DNA of 64,000 nucleotides from Octopus sinensis (lineage: Eukaryota): positions 69,998,001 through 70,062,000 of the forward strand of contig NC_043002.1 in NCBI RefSeq assembly GCF_006345805.1, given 5' to 3'. The translations under genes were made by a program, and so were the position numbers. This document shows positions 37,499-50,731 of the stretch, piece by piece (positions within the stretch are counted from its first letter, which is position 1; every line of letters starts with the position of its first letter). The notes below the pieces were generated by a model. The model made no database searches, was not told the DNA's origin, and worked only from the letters and a program-made list of their open reading frames with translations.

Positions 37499-37918
37499 TA
37501 TATACATACTCACACTTACACATTGATACGTGTGTATGTATGTTTACAATCCATCTGACCACTGAACGCAGAAATACCTTTGGTTGATGGCAGAGCGCGC
37601 ACTAAGACCACCAGGAATGAGGAATCCCAAGCTGTTGTCACAGTATCATTCTAGTAAAGTGACACTGATGTAACAATCTGAAGTTTCACGAGATTACCGG
37701 CCAACTCGCTTCAGCCTCTCACTAGTTAATAATTACGGAGACTCAGAGAATGGTACTCGTGTTGTACAAGTGTCTATTACTAGAATCCAGTGACGTCTCT
37801 TTATGGTGATCTCATTTGTCATTCTATTTGCTGAAAGTCCTATGGCGATGGAAGAGTGGCAACGTGCTTAAACCTAATCGGTTTGAAGCGCACGTAAGTT
37901 ACAATTTTCGTCTGTCAC

Positions 37919-38020
37919 CTATGCATCCAGTCAAGCCGATCTGCAAGTCATCTGAGAGGTCATAGACGGAGAGTCTGAAACGCAATTGACAACAAAGAAG
38001 CACAAAGAGACAGTAATCAT
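37919..38020 (-). CDS. Candidate symmetric (phase 1-1) 102-nt exon of an unidentified gene
   Basis: tatcttcacag acceptor, [34 protein letters not shown], AG|GTGACA donor. Confidence 0.2.
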
Positions 38021-38148
38021 CTGTGAAGATAGAGCGATCATCACACATACACACGCGCGCGCACAACACTCCCCACCCCCACAATGAGCGTCTCTATTGT
38101 GTACATGTGGGTATGTGTGTGAGTATACATATATATACATATGCATAT

Positions 38149-38213
<65 letters not shown>

Positions 38214-38234
38214 TATAACATACATACACACAAA

Positions 38235-38276
<42 letters not shown>

Positions 38277-38277
<1 letters not shown>

Positions 38278-39525
38278 AGGGTTTTGCAGATAAATTGAGA
38301 CAACTTTTTACGATGCATGAAGCTGGTTATAAATACTAAAATCATGGTAGTGGACAGATAAAATTTTAATGTAACATTTATTACAACAAAAGCGTTTATC
38401 ACTCAATATGGCTGCCCTTTTGGGCAATTACTGCCCCCCTACACGAGAACGAAATTTTTTTGCAACAGCAGCAATCTCTGCCTTTTCGATTTTGTGTGTC
38501 GCACGCACGATGCAGGTCTTCAACCTGTTGACACTTGAGTGTGGGGAAGCATTGGTCCCTGCTAGAAGTATGCCCCATAAAATGTAATCGAGAAATTTGA
38601 AAGTTGGTCTATTACTAGGGCAAATCTTGGCCCTCACAAAAAATGGCGCCTTCCCGCCAAGGAAAGCCTGGGTTGCTTTTGACCCATGGCATGGTGCAGA
38701 ATCCTGGACAAGCACCATATTATCAAACCCCAATTTCTGCTCCATCGAAGGTAACAGTGATTTCTTCAGGATGTTCAATTATTCCTTTGTGCCAATCTTC
38801 AAGTCAGACTCAATGAAGTGTCGATCCATGATACTTCCATCACTCGTCACGGCTACATCACAGAGGCAGGATTCTTAGTCTCAAACACACTGGGTACGTC
38901 AGAAGGGTTGTATGCAATCACATGAGAGTTTCTGCGTCCACAGTGAACTTCTCGTCCACAAACACGAGAGTTTTTTTACTGCACCTTGATGCTTGATGAA
39001 TGACAGAAACTTTGGGCATCTCTCGGCTCTGATGGCTTTGGCCTTGGCTGTTGGGAGGTGATGGCGTCGTCGAACATAGCTAGTCATGCCAAGGTTCCTG
39101 TTCACAACTCTGGACACCGTAGAAAGGGACACATTGCATTTCTTTGCAAGAGCTGTCATGGATGTGGATGGGTTGGCTTCAATCAAGCGTTTGAGACCAG
39201 TGAGAAACTTTGGATTGCGCTTGGAAACACTTCGAATCTGGTGTTCTTTTCTATCAATCTTCCCTTCTTCTTTAAATTGTTTCTACACACAAAGTTTCGT
39301 CAACTAAACAATTTTATTGGCAGTGTGCCTGACCTGCGCCAAAACAACAATGGCAGAATGATTCTGTTGTTCCATGACTTTCTATTGTCGAACCAGTTCG
39401 CTATTTACTCGAAAAATAAAGAGGAGGACTAGATATTGAAGCAAGCAGGGTTTTGTCAAAACTGAAATGTTAAACCCACTAAGTCAACTGCTTATAATTG
39501 GACTCAATTTATCTGCAAGGCCGTG
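38277..39525 (-). mobile_element. Decayed Tc1/mariner-superfamily DD37D (maT-like) transposon
   Basis: Imperfect TIRs CA(G/C)GG..TTGCAGATAAATTGAG in TA context. HTH fragment ANPSTSMTALAKKCNVSLSTVSRVV. QDSAPCH to LDY has 37 residues between the Asp residues. Confidence 0.85.
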
Positions 39526-39559
<34 letters not shown>

Positions 39560-40020
39560 ATTATATTATATATGCACACACATACATACACATATTCTTT
39601 ATCCATACATACGTACGTTCACACAAACACACATGCAGTCCGCATTGATTTGCACAACAGGCATTAATGTTGTATGCTCTCTTTCAAATCACATTGAAAA
39701 CAGTAAAACAGAATTAGAAAAAAGTAATATAAAAAAATAAAGATAAAACCCCTTTAAATATAAGAAGAATAAAGCTTATATATTTGTATTCTTGTGATGG
39801 GTTTATTACCAGAGAAATATCTGTTTATCCAGTTTTCGAATTGACTTAATCTTGTTTTGTTTGTATCATTGCTCACTAGATCGATAATCTGATAAGTCAC
39901 ACTACTTGTAAAACAGCGAAACGTGTTGATAGTAATTGTTACATTTTGTTTATACGTTTGTTTAGTTTTCTTTATATACTGTATAAATAAATACGCACAC
40001 ATATATATAGATATATATAC

Positions 40021-40075
<55 letters not shown>

Positions 40076-40151
40076 CACACATACATACGTACATACCTAC
40101 ATACATACATACATACTATATATATATATATATATATATATCTATATATAA

Positions 40152-40195
<44 letters not shown>

Positions 40196-40590
40196 TATCA
40201 TATATATATACATATATATATTATATATATATACATATTTATATATACATACACACACAACACCATATATGCATGTATGTATGTATCTTTTTTTTTAGCA
40301 CACTTAATGGTCAATCTTCAACCTGTATTATATTTCGCCAGCTTTTAATGCTGCTTACGTGTTAGAATGTTAACAAAATAACTACAGGTATGCGAAACAA
40401 ACATTGATGCCATTGATTAGATGCCATTCCAGTGGAAGGGCGGGGTGTGGGTGGGTGGCGGCTGGGGTCGAGAGAAGCCACGAAACTCAACTCTTCTTCG
40501 TGCTGTTTTCTTTCTGGTATATTTTGTTTGGCACTTTCATGTTTTATCTGCTTGTTTCTTTTTCTCTCCAGTTCTTCTCTCGTTTTCCAT

Positions 40591-40630
<40 letters not shown>

Positions 40631-40744
40631 GCTTATTGCTTGTTTGTTTGTTTCTTGTATTACAGAGCGTTACTCTGAGTATTAATCGCATCATTGCTTG
40701 TTTTTAAACAACACATAAATACCGATGATGACAGTAGCAATAGC

Positions 40745-40787
<43 letters not shown>

Positions 40788-41149
40788 CAACAACAACAAC
40801 AACGACGACGACGACGACGACGACGACAGAAATATCAAAACTTGACAAGCTAGAAATAGCAGTCAAATTTCCCTCAAAGCATAACTTTTCTGTCTTATAT
40901 AAGAACACGATGCATTAGATACTATACTTCAACGTTGAGGAATAAACGGATGTCAGTGATTGAACATGCACGATTAGCGTTGACTCAGTGTTAACAGAAG
41001 TAGCAGGGGTAGCAGCAGCAGCACCAGCACCAGCACCAGCACCAGCACCACCACCACCACCACCATCACCGCCGCCGTCACCAACAAAAAAAAACTAAAC
41101 AATAAAGAACTTGGAAACTCAAATTAAAGAATATCAGATTTCTTCGGAA

Positions 41150-41370
41150 GCGACTTGGTTTCAAATTTTGGCACGAGGCCAGCAATTTCGGGAACAGGGT
41201 AAGTCGATTAAATCGACCCTAGTGCAAAACTGGTACTTATTTTATCGACCTCAAAAGAATGAAAGGCAAAATCGATATCAGCAGTATTCGAGCTCAGAAC
41301 ATAAATGCGAACGAACAAAATGCTACTAAGCATGATTGTTCGGCGAGCTAACGATTCTAGCAGCTAACCG
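41150..41370 (-). mobile_element. SINE family D fragment
   Basis: Homologous to 50332-50731 in reverse. Confidence 0.65.
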
Positions 41371-41462
41371 CGCATACACTCACACACACACACATACACA
41401 CATCATAGAACACTGTATGTATATATATGTACATGTATATATGTATATACATTGTAATATAA

Positions 41463-41559
<97 letters not shown>

Positions 41560-41620
41560 TACATACTTATATGTACATACAGCCATACGTATATACCTAT
41601 GTATGTATATATATATATAT

Positions 41621-41662
<42 letters not shown>

Positions 41663-42012
41663 GTATGTATACACACACACACACTCACATATATATAAAT
41701 GCATATATTTGCACAGAACATCACGAAACGTGTACAACAAAAATATACGAAGTACGAGTACATAAAATATGAACTATTTTTTTGAACAGCGAAAGACACA
41801 AATGGAAAACAAGACAAACAAGACTAAGAACGACCCTTCATCAGTTGTTGTTTGTTTTTCTACTCTCGTATTCCGAGCATTTAACAACAATATACGCTTT
41901 CAATAAAATAGTTGCTCCCGCAAAGCAAATTAAATAAAATTTGGGATTTTGCGGAGGGTCAAAATTGGTGATGCAAACAGGATAGTGAATACATATATAT
42001 GTATATACATAC

Positions 42013-42124
42013 GTGATGATCGTTTCCACTCATCTTGCAAATTTCCATTGTGGGTAGGATATTCTGCATCTGATTCTGTTGCATCAATCTGTGCAGTTTG
42101 TGTCACATCAGAAGTGGATTCCCG
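42013..42124 (-). CDS. Candidate 112-nt exon abutting the piggyBac insertion
   Basis: ctag acceptor, RESTSDVTQTAQIDATESDAEYPTHNGNLQDEWKRSS with A/T-rich third positions, GTATGT donor. The other two frames are closed. Confidence 0.3.
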
Positions 42125-42128
42125 CTAG

Positions 42129-43511
42129 CCCTTTGACAACGGTTGACGCAAAAATGCGATCACACTTTTGCTTGCCTACTCGCAGTTAAAGTAATTAAAC
42201 GATGTAGAGCTGCCCTACATATATTACGGAATGTTTAGCGGCTGACGTATGTTTACGTTCGGTATTGTGTACTTTATCTCTTGAGGTGCGCACGCTCGCC
42301 GTCCCGTGCATTATTTTAGTTATTTTAGGTTCCGTTCAAGTCATGAGGCTAGCAGTAGACCAATGACATGCGGATACTTTAGATGCATATGCATGTAAAG
42401 TTCTGAGGAAAGGGAGGAAGCAGAGGAGAGTGAGGAATTATTTCCTGGAAAGTTCCGACGAGGTGGAGGAATTACCTCCTGGAAAGTTCCGAGGATGGGA
42501 GGGATACTTCCAGGAAAGTTCCGAGGAGGGGGAAGAACGACTTCCTGGAAAGTTCCGAGCAGGGGAGGAATGATTTCCTGGAAAGTTCCGAGGAATGGAA
42601 GAACGACTTCCTGGAAAGTTTCGAGGAGGGAGAGGAATTACTTCCTGGAATGTTCCGAGGAGGTGGAGGAATTACTTCGTTGAAAGTTCCGAGGAAGGGG
42701 AGGAATTACTTCCTGGAAAGTTCCCAAGAGGGGGAGGAATTACTTCCTTGGAAGTTCCCAAGAGGGGGAGGAATTACTTCCAGGAATCGTGCAGGGGACC
42801 TCCATCATAAACCCGATGTTGTACAGGACTACAACAGAGCAATGAGTGGAGTAGATGGATCCGATCAGCTGGCTATCACGCACAAATCTCACGAAGATTC
42901 GGAAAATGGTACAAAACATATTTTTGTACATTGTGGATATGGCACTCGTGAACACGCATCTGATCTGGCGAATGCTGGGTGGCGAAGCAACTGGACTCGT
43001 ATTTTGCGAGGCTTTGATGAATGAAATTATCTAAGTTTCCGAGCTGCCCAACAACCGAACGCGTGGACGTCCTCACGACCGACCGACTCCAAACCGGCTT
43101 CTGAACCGACGAGGACATTTCCAGCGCTTCATACCGCCAACGGAAAAAAAAGCAGAATCCGGCAAGGAAATGTGTTGCATGCACCTCACACCACCGTAGG
43201 CGCGAAACCAGATATCATTGTCCGGACTGGGATGTGTCTCTTCGCATAATACCGTGTTTTGAGTTGTACCACATGCAAGCTACCTTTTGAACTTGAGCAG
43301 AATAACTCGTGCATATCATATTATGATAAATAGCTTCACATTGTTCGTTTTCATAAACCGGTAGTCGTAAATGTACGACGCTATGTTATTGTAATGGTAA
43401 GCGTAAATAGACGCGAACTCGTTGGCACTTGTGAGTTTGTGTGGCCTCATTAGATAAAAAAAAAACCGGAGCAGTGTCTCGCATGCTTCGGGTAATACCG
43501 GCGTCAAAGGG
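42129..43511 (+). mobile_element. Internally deleted piggyBac transposon
   Basis: TIR CCCTTTGAC..CGGT at both ends, flanks CTAG/TTAG. KPDVVQDYNRAMSGVDGSDQ and C-terminal RKCVAC...ETRYHC...PCFELYH. Confidence 0.9.
42400..42790. repeat. Minisatellite of about 32 bp (about 11 units) inside the piggyBac
   Basis: Unit ggaggaattacttcctggaaagttccgaggaggg. Confidence 0.95.
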
Positions 43512-43569
43512 TTAGATATACTGAGATGGCCTAGGTATATTGTTCATACCTTCTGTATATTGTTTATGA

Positions 43570-44700
43570 CCGGCTATAAATGTCAGTGGGTATATAACGT
43601 AAAATTAAAGTGATTAGAAAAATACATATACGCAACGGATATTTATCTGTCTTTATCAAAAAGGTTTCTATTTTCGCTATGGAATTTACAGACATTAAAG
43701 AAAAAGATATATAGGTAATAAAACACGCCCCAAAAAAACCACTGTTGTTCGACAATTGTTCGGCCTGGGTCAAACAACTGAACCAGGATAGCATATTCTA
43801 CAACGGAGACATCTGCGACCTTACAGGATTATACATACTTTATACTTTTAGAAAGAGTTTCCGTCAGTTCATTTTGGTCTATATTTAGCGCTGACGCTTC
43901 AGCTGTATCTGGAAGTGAAAACGAGTACACCATGCACAGAATTAGGAAGGACCTGATTCACATGCTTAATTTACTCGATCGTAAGGGTACCACTAAGACC
44001 AATTATACTATAATTAATTTTTTTAGAAGTTACACACGATTTAGACGCTGGTTCATACAGGCCCGACAGAAAACATAATGAAAGGCTGTCGTATATCAAC
44101 ACATCATTTTGCCACTCTCCTATAGTGTCTAAAAATCTTGTGAAGGTAAGAAGACTTCAAACTTATCCTCAAATAAAGACATTTTTGATGCAGTGGTCCC
44201 CCATCACAGCAACGCTCTGGCAGCTAGCAGGTTGAAGGACTTTATCGCCTATATACTGGGATTTAATACTCACAAAAGAAAGTGCCACCACAAAGTCCTG
44301 TTTTTCCTCACTTTCTTGCTCAACGTTACTACCTGCGTAGGCAGAGTCTTTCTTTAATTGGCAGATAAGCATTTCACACAATTCCATAGATATAAGAGAG
44401 TATTCAGTAGACATAACTTAAGCGTCTCGTTTAGCTGTGCACCTTGTGTAGAAAAAGATGTCAGTGATCGTACGCAAAACCCGTGTAGAAGCAGGATACT
44501 CCTGTAGGGCAAGCAGTGACTGTCCAGTAAATGGTCGATGCAACACTGACCAATTTAAAACCCGGGATAAATAACCACAGGTCCTGCTTGAGGATTCCAG
44601 AGAAGCGCAAAGTTACAACTTTAGTAAGCTGTATATGGCGATTAAAGAGGTGGAAACGCCATACAAAACTTAACTGGAAGCTGCTGAAATAAACTGGACC
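43570..44700 (+). mobile_element. Decayed Penelope-like element (RT, thumb, Cys linker, GIY-YIG)
   Basis: IKHAPKKPLLF...WVK...ICDLTGLYIL; RIRKDLI...INFLEVTHDLDAGSYRPDRK...YIN...H; YSCRASSDCPVNGRC; FKTR...FSKLYMAIK. Stops and frameshifts are present. Confidence 0.75.
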
Positions 44701-45519
44701 ACACCTCAACGGAAACAAACGTTGCAAACTTTGCCTAGTCGAGAGGACAATGATCCTAAAATTTCGCTCGGTATGGAATCCTTATTGAATTCAAAAGGTG
44801 AAAGTTTTAGCCGCTTCCCTCATGATAGAAAATTCGTTTGGAAACATGGTCTTCACTGTTTGTGGACTACAGAACGGAACCCTACCCTAAAAATAAACGT
44901 ACACTGGTACAGCTGCTCCATTGGGCTACGGCTGGAATCTTAAAAGGGAAAGCAATTCTTCTTTCCCTCTCAGAAACGGTTCTTTTTTTCGTTTGGTCAC
45001 TAAACTGACCAAGACAGTATACTTATCCAAAGAGACTATGCGATTCTGCCCTGTATGTCTGATGGTTCACCCGTATTGCCAAGTGCGATAGTAGACGCGA
45101 AAGCAATGGTAACTTTGTAACCGGTTATATGCCATAAATAATATACTACTCGACTACATAAAAGTACACATACACACACACACACACATGTATATAATTC
45201 AACTGTCCATAGGATCACATGCACATACATATATGTGTGTAAGAGTATGTGTGTGTGCATGTGTGTGTGTGCATGTGTGTGTGTGAGTATGTGTACATGT
45301 ATATATATACACACATATACACATATATACACGTATAATATAACGCTTAAAACATTTCCTATTGATTCAAGTAGCTTAATAGTGTTTAGACTGTTGGGAT
45401 CACGATCGCTACATTTTGACTTGCATCTCCCTCTCCTCCTCTCCCTCCCTCTCTCCCTCTCCCCCTCTCTCTCCCTTTCTCTGTATCTCTCTCGCTTTCT
45501 CTGTGTCTGTATGTGTGTG

Positions 45520-45555
<36 letters not shown>

Positions 45556-46253
45556 ATATTACTCTGCAGGCAAAAGAGGATAAGTATGAGAGACAAGGTG
45601 AAGTGGTAGAGGGAAAGAACTATTGATTTTTAAACAGAGAGGTGTTTAGTTTGCATGCGTTTCCGTCGGTAGATGGCGTGTGTCGTGTGGCGTGTAACAG
45701 AGGCATGTGGATTCAATCTGTCTTAATTCAACAACTAGCTCTGCATTATCTGTGTAAATTTATATCCATTGATTTAGTACACTTATTGATTATGTCAGTG
45801 TAATTTTTGTTTTGTTCATTTTAATACGTACACGCACTCGCACACACACAAACGCACGGGCGCGCGTACATACACACGCATATGTATTGAATGTGTGCTG
45901 ACGCCATATGTCCGTACAAACAGAAACTGAAAAACAAATTTATCCCTGCATCCTCCTCTTCTTTCTCCCCCCACCTCCTCCTCTTCCTCCCCCTCTTCTC
46001 TCTCTCTCTCTCTCTCCTCCCATTCTCATTCACTCTGTTTTAATATCTCAGCCATATACATACCCATACACTCCTCCTTATTTACTATTCCTCTCGTCCA
46101 TGCTTTCACATGCACAAATGACTATATATACACACGAATATAGACACATACGCACACGTATGTATGTATTATATATATATGTGTATGTATATATATAAAA
46201 TTGATGAAAGAAACGGAAGAGGAATTTAGTACGAATGTGCTTTAGTGCAAATA

Positions 46254-46288
<35 letters not shown>

Positions 46289-46329
46289 AATCCATCCACC
46301 AAAAAAACAAAATGAAGAGCAAACAAAAC

Positions 46330-46500
46330 AAGTTAAAACAACAACGCGAGGACGTGGTACGTGCAAAATATTAGCAGAAGCTCAGGGAAGCAAGAAAGGT
46401 GGTTTTACGTTTCGAGCAAAGCTCTTCGTCAGAAACAAGAGACGGAGGATAGTCCGAGAAAAAAGGAAGACGGGGCAAAAGATCCCCACCGATCCACATG
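46330..46500 (-). mobile_element. PLE-like pseudo-LTR fragment (family B)
   Basis: Shares acaacgcgaggacgtgg...ctcagg with the reverse complement of 56435-56600. Confidence 0.6.
46402..46436 (-). ncRNA. Minimal type-I hammerhead ribozyme with canonical core
   Basis: GUUU-CUGACGA-A-GAGC(UUU)GCUC-GAAACG-UA-AAAC: all core nucleotides present, GUA triplet. Confidence 0.7.
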
Positions 46501-46608
46501 TGATTTCATTTTGAAATGTATATATATATATATATATACACAAATATACACAATAACATATATACACACATACACAAAAATATGCTTTATATATATATGT
46601 ACTAAATC

Positions 46609-46645
<37 letters not shown>

Positions 46646-46847
46646 ATATATATACATACACATACATATACAGACATATATATAATATATGCATATATAT
46701 ATATACATACATGTGCATGTATATATGTATTCACACACACACACATATATATGTGCATGTATTTGTGACTGTAGATCTGTTTGTCCCCCACACACATGCA
46801 TACATACTACATACATACATACATACATACATACATACATACATACA

Positions 46848-46893
<46 letters not shown>

Positions 46894-47827
46894 CATACAC
46901 ACACACACATACACACATACATATGTTATTGTACTTTCGGAAAGTCATTCAGTCCAGAAACAAAGGCGCACTGGTTGAAATACACTATAGGTTTTATTGT
47001 TAAGTAATCTATTAATCAATAAATTAATTATTGATTAATTCGCCAGAAACTGTCCGTCATGCTACTGAGTCTTTTTGAATGATTTCCCATTCAGAAACAT
47101 TTTATTATCGGAATGACCTTTCTGTAAGTACAACAAATCGGTTTCATTTCATAATTTTAATATGATAAATCATGCAAAACAAATAGAACATATGTCAACA
47201 TAGAGCTACACACATACACAGCCACACACACTCACACATATTTGTTGTTACGTATGTACGTACGCATGTACATTTATATATTTATCTATAGAGCATATCA
47301 TACGTATGTATCTTTGTATATATATATAATATATATAATATAATATAATATATATAATAATATAATATAATATAATAATATATATATATAATATAATATA
47401 TTTTATATATAAATAAAAAATATATATATTATATATATAAACAAAATATAATATATGTAAATATATAATATTGTATATAGTATTTATATATATATATATA
47501 TATATATCCCAGTAGAGATACTCGGTGTTGTTCGGGATTAAAATGGTATAGTTTGTATATATATGTATGTATGTATATATATGTATGTATGTATGTATGT
47601 ATTACAGTTATGTTGAAATAAGTGATACGGGAAAGAGCAGCATTGACGACAAAACATTTGTGAGGTAAATGATGGTCTAATTCGACTAAACGACATGTAA
47701 TACGTCCGTTTGGAGGATTCCAGGCCCTAATCTGTCATTGAAAATTGGGTGGGGCAGGGTATGTAGTTTTTGAAGCCACCGAAAAGCTGTCAGTGGATGT
47801 AGTCGCCTTGAGGCGGTCGCGCTGCGT

Positions 47828-47997
47828 CTAACACGACCCATCGTATGGTTGCCAGTTAAATGAATAGAAGAGTAATGGAGATATTGTACGTAAATGGGTA
47901 CATTCCGGAAATGGGTTGCAATGGGAGACGACAACCAGGAAGTGAACCGTCGAAATGTTGCACAAGGGGAAGGGTTGACATTGGATCACTAGTGTGG
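47828..47997 (-). CDS. Candidate terminal exon of an unidentified gene
   Basis: Acceptor tttatgtttcttattctacag, then phase-1 frame xTLVIQCQPFPLC...HCNPFPEC...WQPYDGSC-stop. Confidence 0.2.
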
Positions 47998-48574
47998 CTG
48001 TAGAATAAGAAACATAAAATGAGCCTATGCAGTCACATGAGAATATGTAGTAATGAATTACTTGAAAAACTATGGCATAATAGCTTACCGCGTGGTTGGT
48101 GGGAGTAATTGGAGAATATGCTTTGATACTGAAGGCCAGGCAGGAAACTGCTTTGTTGGTGCAGTCTTCGGGTTTGTTGGTATTTTTAATATATAGATAT
48201 ATATATCTATGTGTAGATGTGTGTGTATGTTCAATAACGTACCTAACACGGAAAAACACGCACTTTATGAGGCATATACACACTCATACACTTACACATA
48301 TACACTCACAGACAGATACACAGTCATATACAAAATGTGGTGTCGTTGTTGTGGTATAAAATGTCCTGTTGACAATAGAAAGATTATCTCTATGAAATGT
48401 TATATTGTTTTAATCGAAATGAAAATAAAATTTCGTATTGACACTGGCCAACCCTCACATACGTATAAGATAGACACATACATACATACATACATACATA
48501 CACGCATGTCAGTCGTCACATATGTATATATATATGTGTAGATGTGTATATATTTGCATGTTTTGCATGTATTC

Positions 48575-49135
48575 TCATGCATATAATTGTATATCTAGAA
48601 TGCTCATATATATTAAATGGCAAACTTCTGGAAAGTGTTTTACAGATTTTTACAGTTTCAGTGATGGATTGGATCTGTAGTCTTCGAATTAGCTTTCTCC
48701 TTTCTGGTTTTCAGAAGCCTAATTTCTCAAGATTGGTATTTAGGCAGTGTGTTACATATTCCAGCGCCCCAATAATTACAGGTATAAACCTGAACTTGTG
48801 ATCTGGATAGAGTAACTGTAGATTTCTCAATAGTTCAACGGGATGTTCTCTTTTTCACTGATCTTCAGCTTTATGTTAACATCTACTGAGCAGCTAATTT
48901 CCACAACTGTACACAATTTCTCTTCTCCATCCCCAATCATTATAACATGTCTGTTGTGCTTGCATTTTATTGAGGTCTTCACTGGTACATTCCACTAGCA
49001 GTCCTTTATAATTTTGATTGGTTATGGCTTCTACCATACTGTAGGTTCTTGTTTCCTTGTCTTCAGGGTCATCCTTCCGACGAATTTCATTATAGAGTGT
49101 CCCAGGTACAACATCATGTCTTATAATACCGTGAT
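48575..49135 (-). mobile_element. RLE-type (R4/Dong/NeSL-like) LINE 3' fragment
   Basis: KLCTVVEISC...KISEKE...RNLQLLYPDHKFRFIPVIIGAL...LEKLGF (frameshifted). Confidence 0.7.
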
Positions 49136-49882
49136 GACATTTTCGGACAACTGCTTATGATGTGGGTGATATGTGTTTATGTATGTATGTATGTATGTAT
49201 GTATGTATGTATGTATGTATGTATGTATGTATGTATGTATGTGTGTATGTATGTGTCGAGGGCACATGGATTAGTGGTCAGAAGGTTGCACCCACGATCG
49301 CGTGATTGCGGTTTCAATTTCTGGATCGAGGAGTGCGTTGTGTTCTTCTGTTCTTCTGTAAAACAAATTATCGCACGTTCCTTTGCCATTACTTCGACAC
49401 CTGACGTTTGGTACAATGTGCAACCTGTGCAGCCAGCATCGATTTGATGGAGGGAGGTGAGCGAATGTATCACACAAATCTTTGATCAATATAAGCAAAT
49501 CATTATGTGTTGGATGTTCAGTAAGAAATTTCACAACCGACTTTCTAAGATTATCGGAGACCACCAGCACCATCATTACCACCACAACCATCACTATCAT
49601 CACCACCATCATGTGTATGTGCGTGTGTATTTGTGTGTGTGTATGTGTGTGCATGTCTGTGTGTATGTGTGTGTGTGTATGTGTGTGTGTGTGCGCGTGT
49701 GTGTATGTCTGTCTTTATGAGTGGTAGTAAGATGCACATGAATCTAGGCAGTATACGCTTAGTTCTTTAAGTGAGATATCCAGTTACTGAAAATTAGCCG
49801 CTAAGCTATATGGGACGCAAACAAAACAATATCGGTTGTCAAGCAGTAGTGGGAGACAAGCACAAGAGCAAAGACACGGGTA

Positions 49883-49917
<35 letters not shown>

Positions 49918-50331
49918 ACACACAAACACACACACATACAAGGGGATGCTGAATAGCTCTTGGCCTAGGGTAAAAGAAAATAAAGGAGGATCAGTTAATT
50001 ATCATTTTATTCAAAATATTCCCTTCTCAGATTCACACACTTATTGCAGTGGTCCTTCAGTTTTTTTCTAAGCCCTGTAAAAGAACTCGGAACGTTCGGG
50101 GCTCCAACCAGGCCTTCCGCGATACCCTTAAAGCCAGGAACTTTTCAGCCTGCCCTCGGTAAATGTACACTGATATTTTTGAATTTCCGTATACCAAATC
50201 CACTCACAAGGATTTGGCCGGCCCGAGGCTACAGTATCGTAGAAGACACCTGCTCACATTATCACGCAGTGGGACCGAACTTGGAACTCTGTGGTTGAGA
50301 AGGCAAATGAAGACAATATAGAGAAAAGTTT

Positions 50332-50731
50332 AAGGCGGTGAGCTGGCAGAAACGTTAGCAGGTCGGGCGAATTGCTTAGCGTTATTTCGTCTGCCGTTAC
50401 GTTCTGAGTTCAAATTCCGCCAAGGTCGACTTTGCCTTTCATCCTTTCAGGGTCGATTAAATAAATACCAGTTACGCACTGGGGTCGATATAATCGACTT
50501 AATCCGTGTGTCTGTCCTTGTTTGTCCTCTCTGTGTTTAGCTCCTTGTGGGTAGTAAAGAAATAGGTATTTCGTTTGTATTTACGTTCTGAATTCAAATT
50601 CCGCCAAGGTCTACTTTGCCTTTCATCCTTTCGGGGTTGATAAATTAAGTACCAGTTGCGTGCTGGGGTCGATATAATCGACTGGCCCCTTCTCTCCAAA
50701 AATTTCGGGCCATGTGCCTAGAATAGAAAAG
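50332..50731 (+). mobile_element. Full-length SINE family D with an internal duplication and a 17-bp TSD
   Basis: TSD AATATAGAGAAAAGTTT at 50315-50331 and 50732-50748. B-box-like gagttcaaattcc. The block at about 50395-50500 is repeated at about 50575-50690. Confidence 0.9.

Noticed and set aside
39885-39930. ctgataag...gcgaaacgtg as a hammerhead
   Set aside because: Stems I and II do not pair and the triplet is GUG.
41825-41850. CUGAUGA on the minus strand (caacaactgatgaagggtcg)
   Set aside because: No stem II, GAAA or cleavage triplet follows, so it is at most a half motif.
42400-42790. Regularly spaced repeats as a CRISPR array
   Set aside because: Eukaryotic context, no unique spacers, and a head-to-tail minisatellite inside a piggyBac.
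43889-44145. Apparent plus-strand exons (ADASAVSG...NLLD; VTHDLDAG...NLVK) with good splice signals
   Set aside because: They read continuously as a Penelope RT palm/thumb region, and the implied intron would be only 46 nt.
44470-44545. YSCRASSDCPVN resembling a nuclear-receptor zinc finger
   Set aside because: It lacks the following R..CQ.CR and sits where the PLE Cys linker precedes GIY-YIG.
44722-44943. SFSRFPHD...W resembling a THAP domain
   Set aside because: No C2CH ligands in the right spacing.
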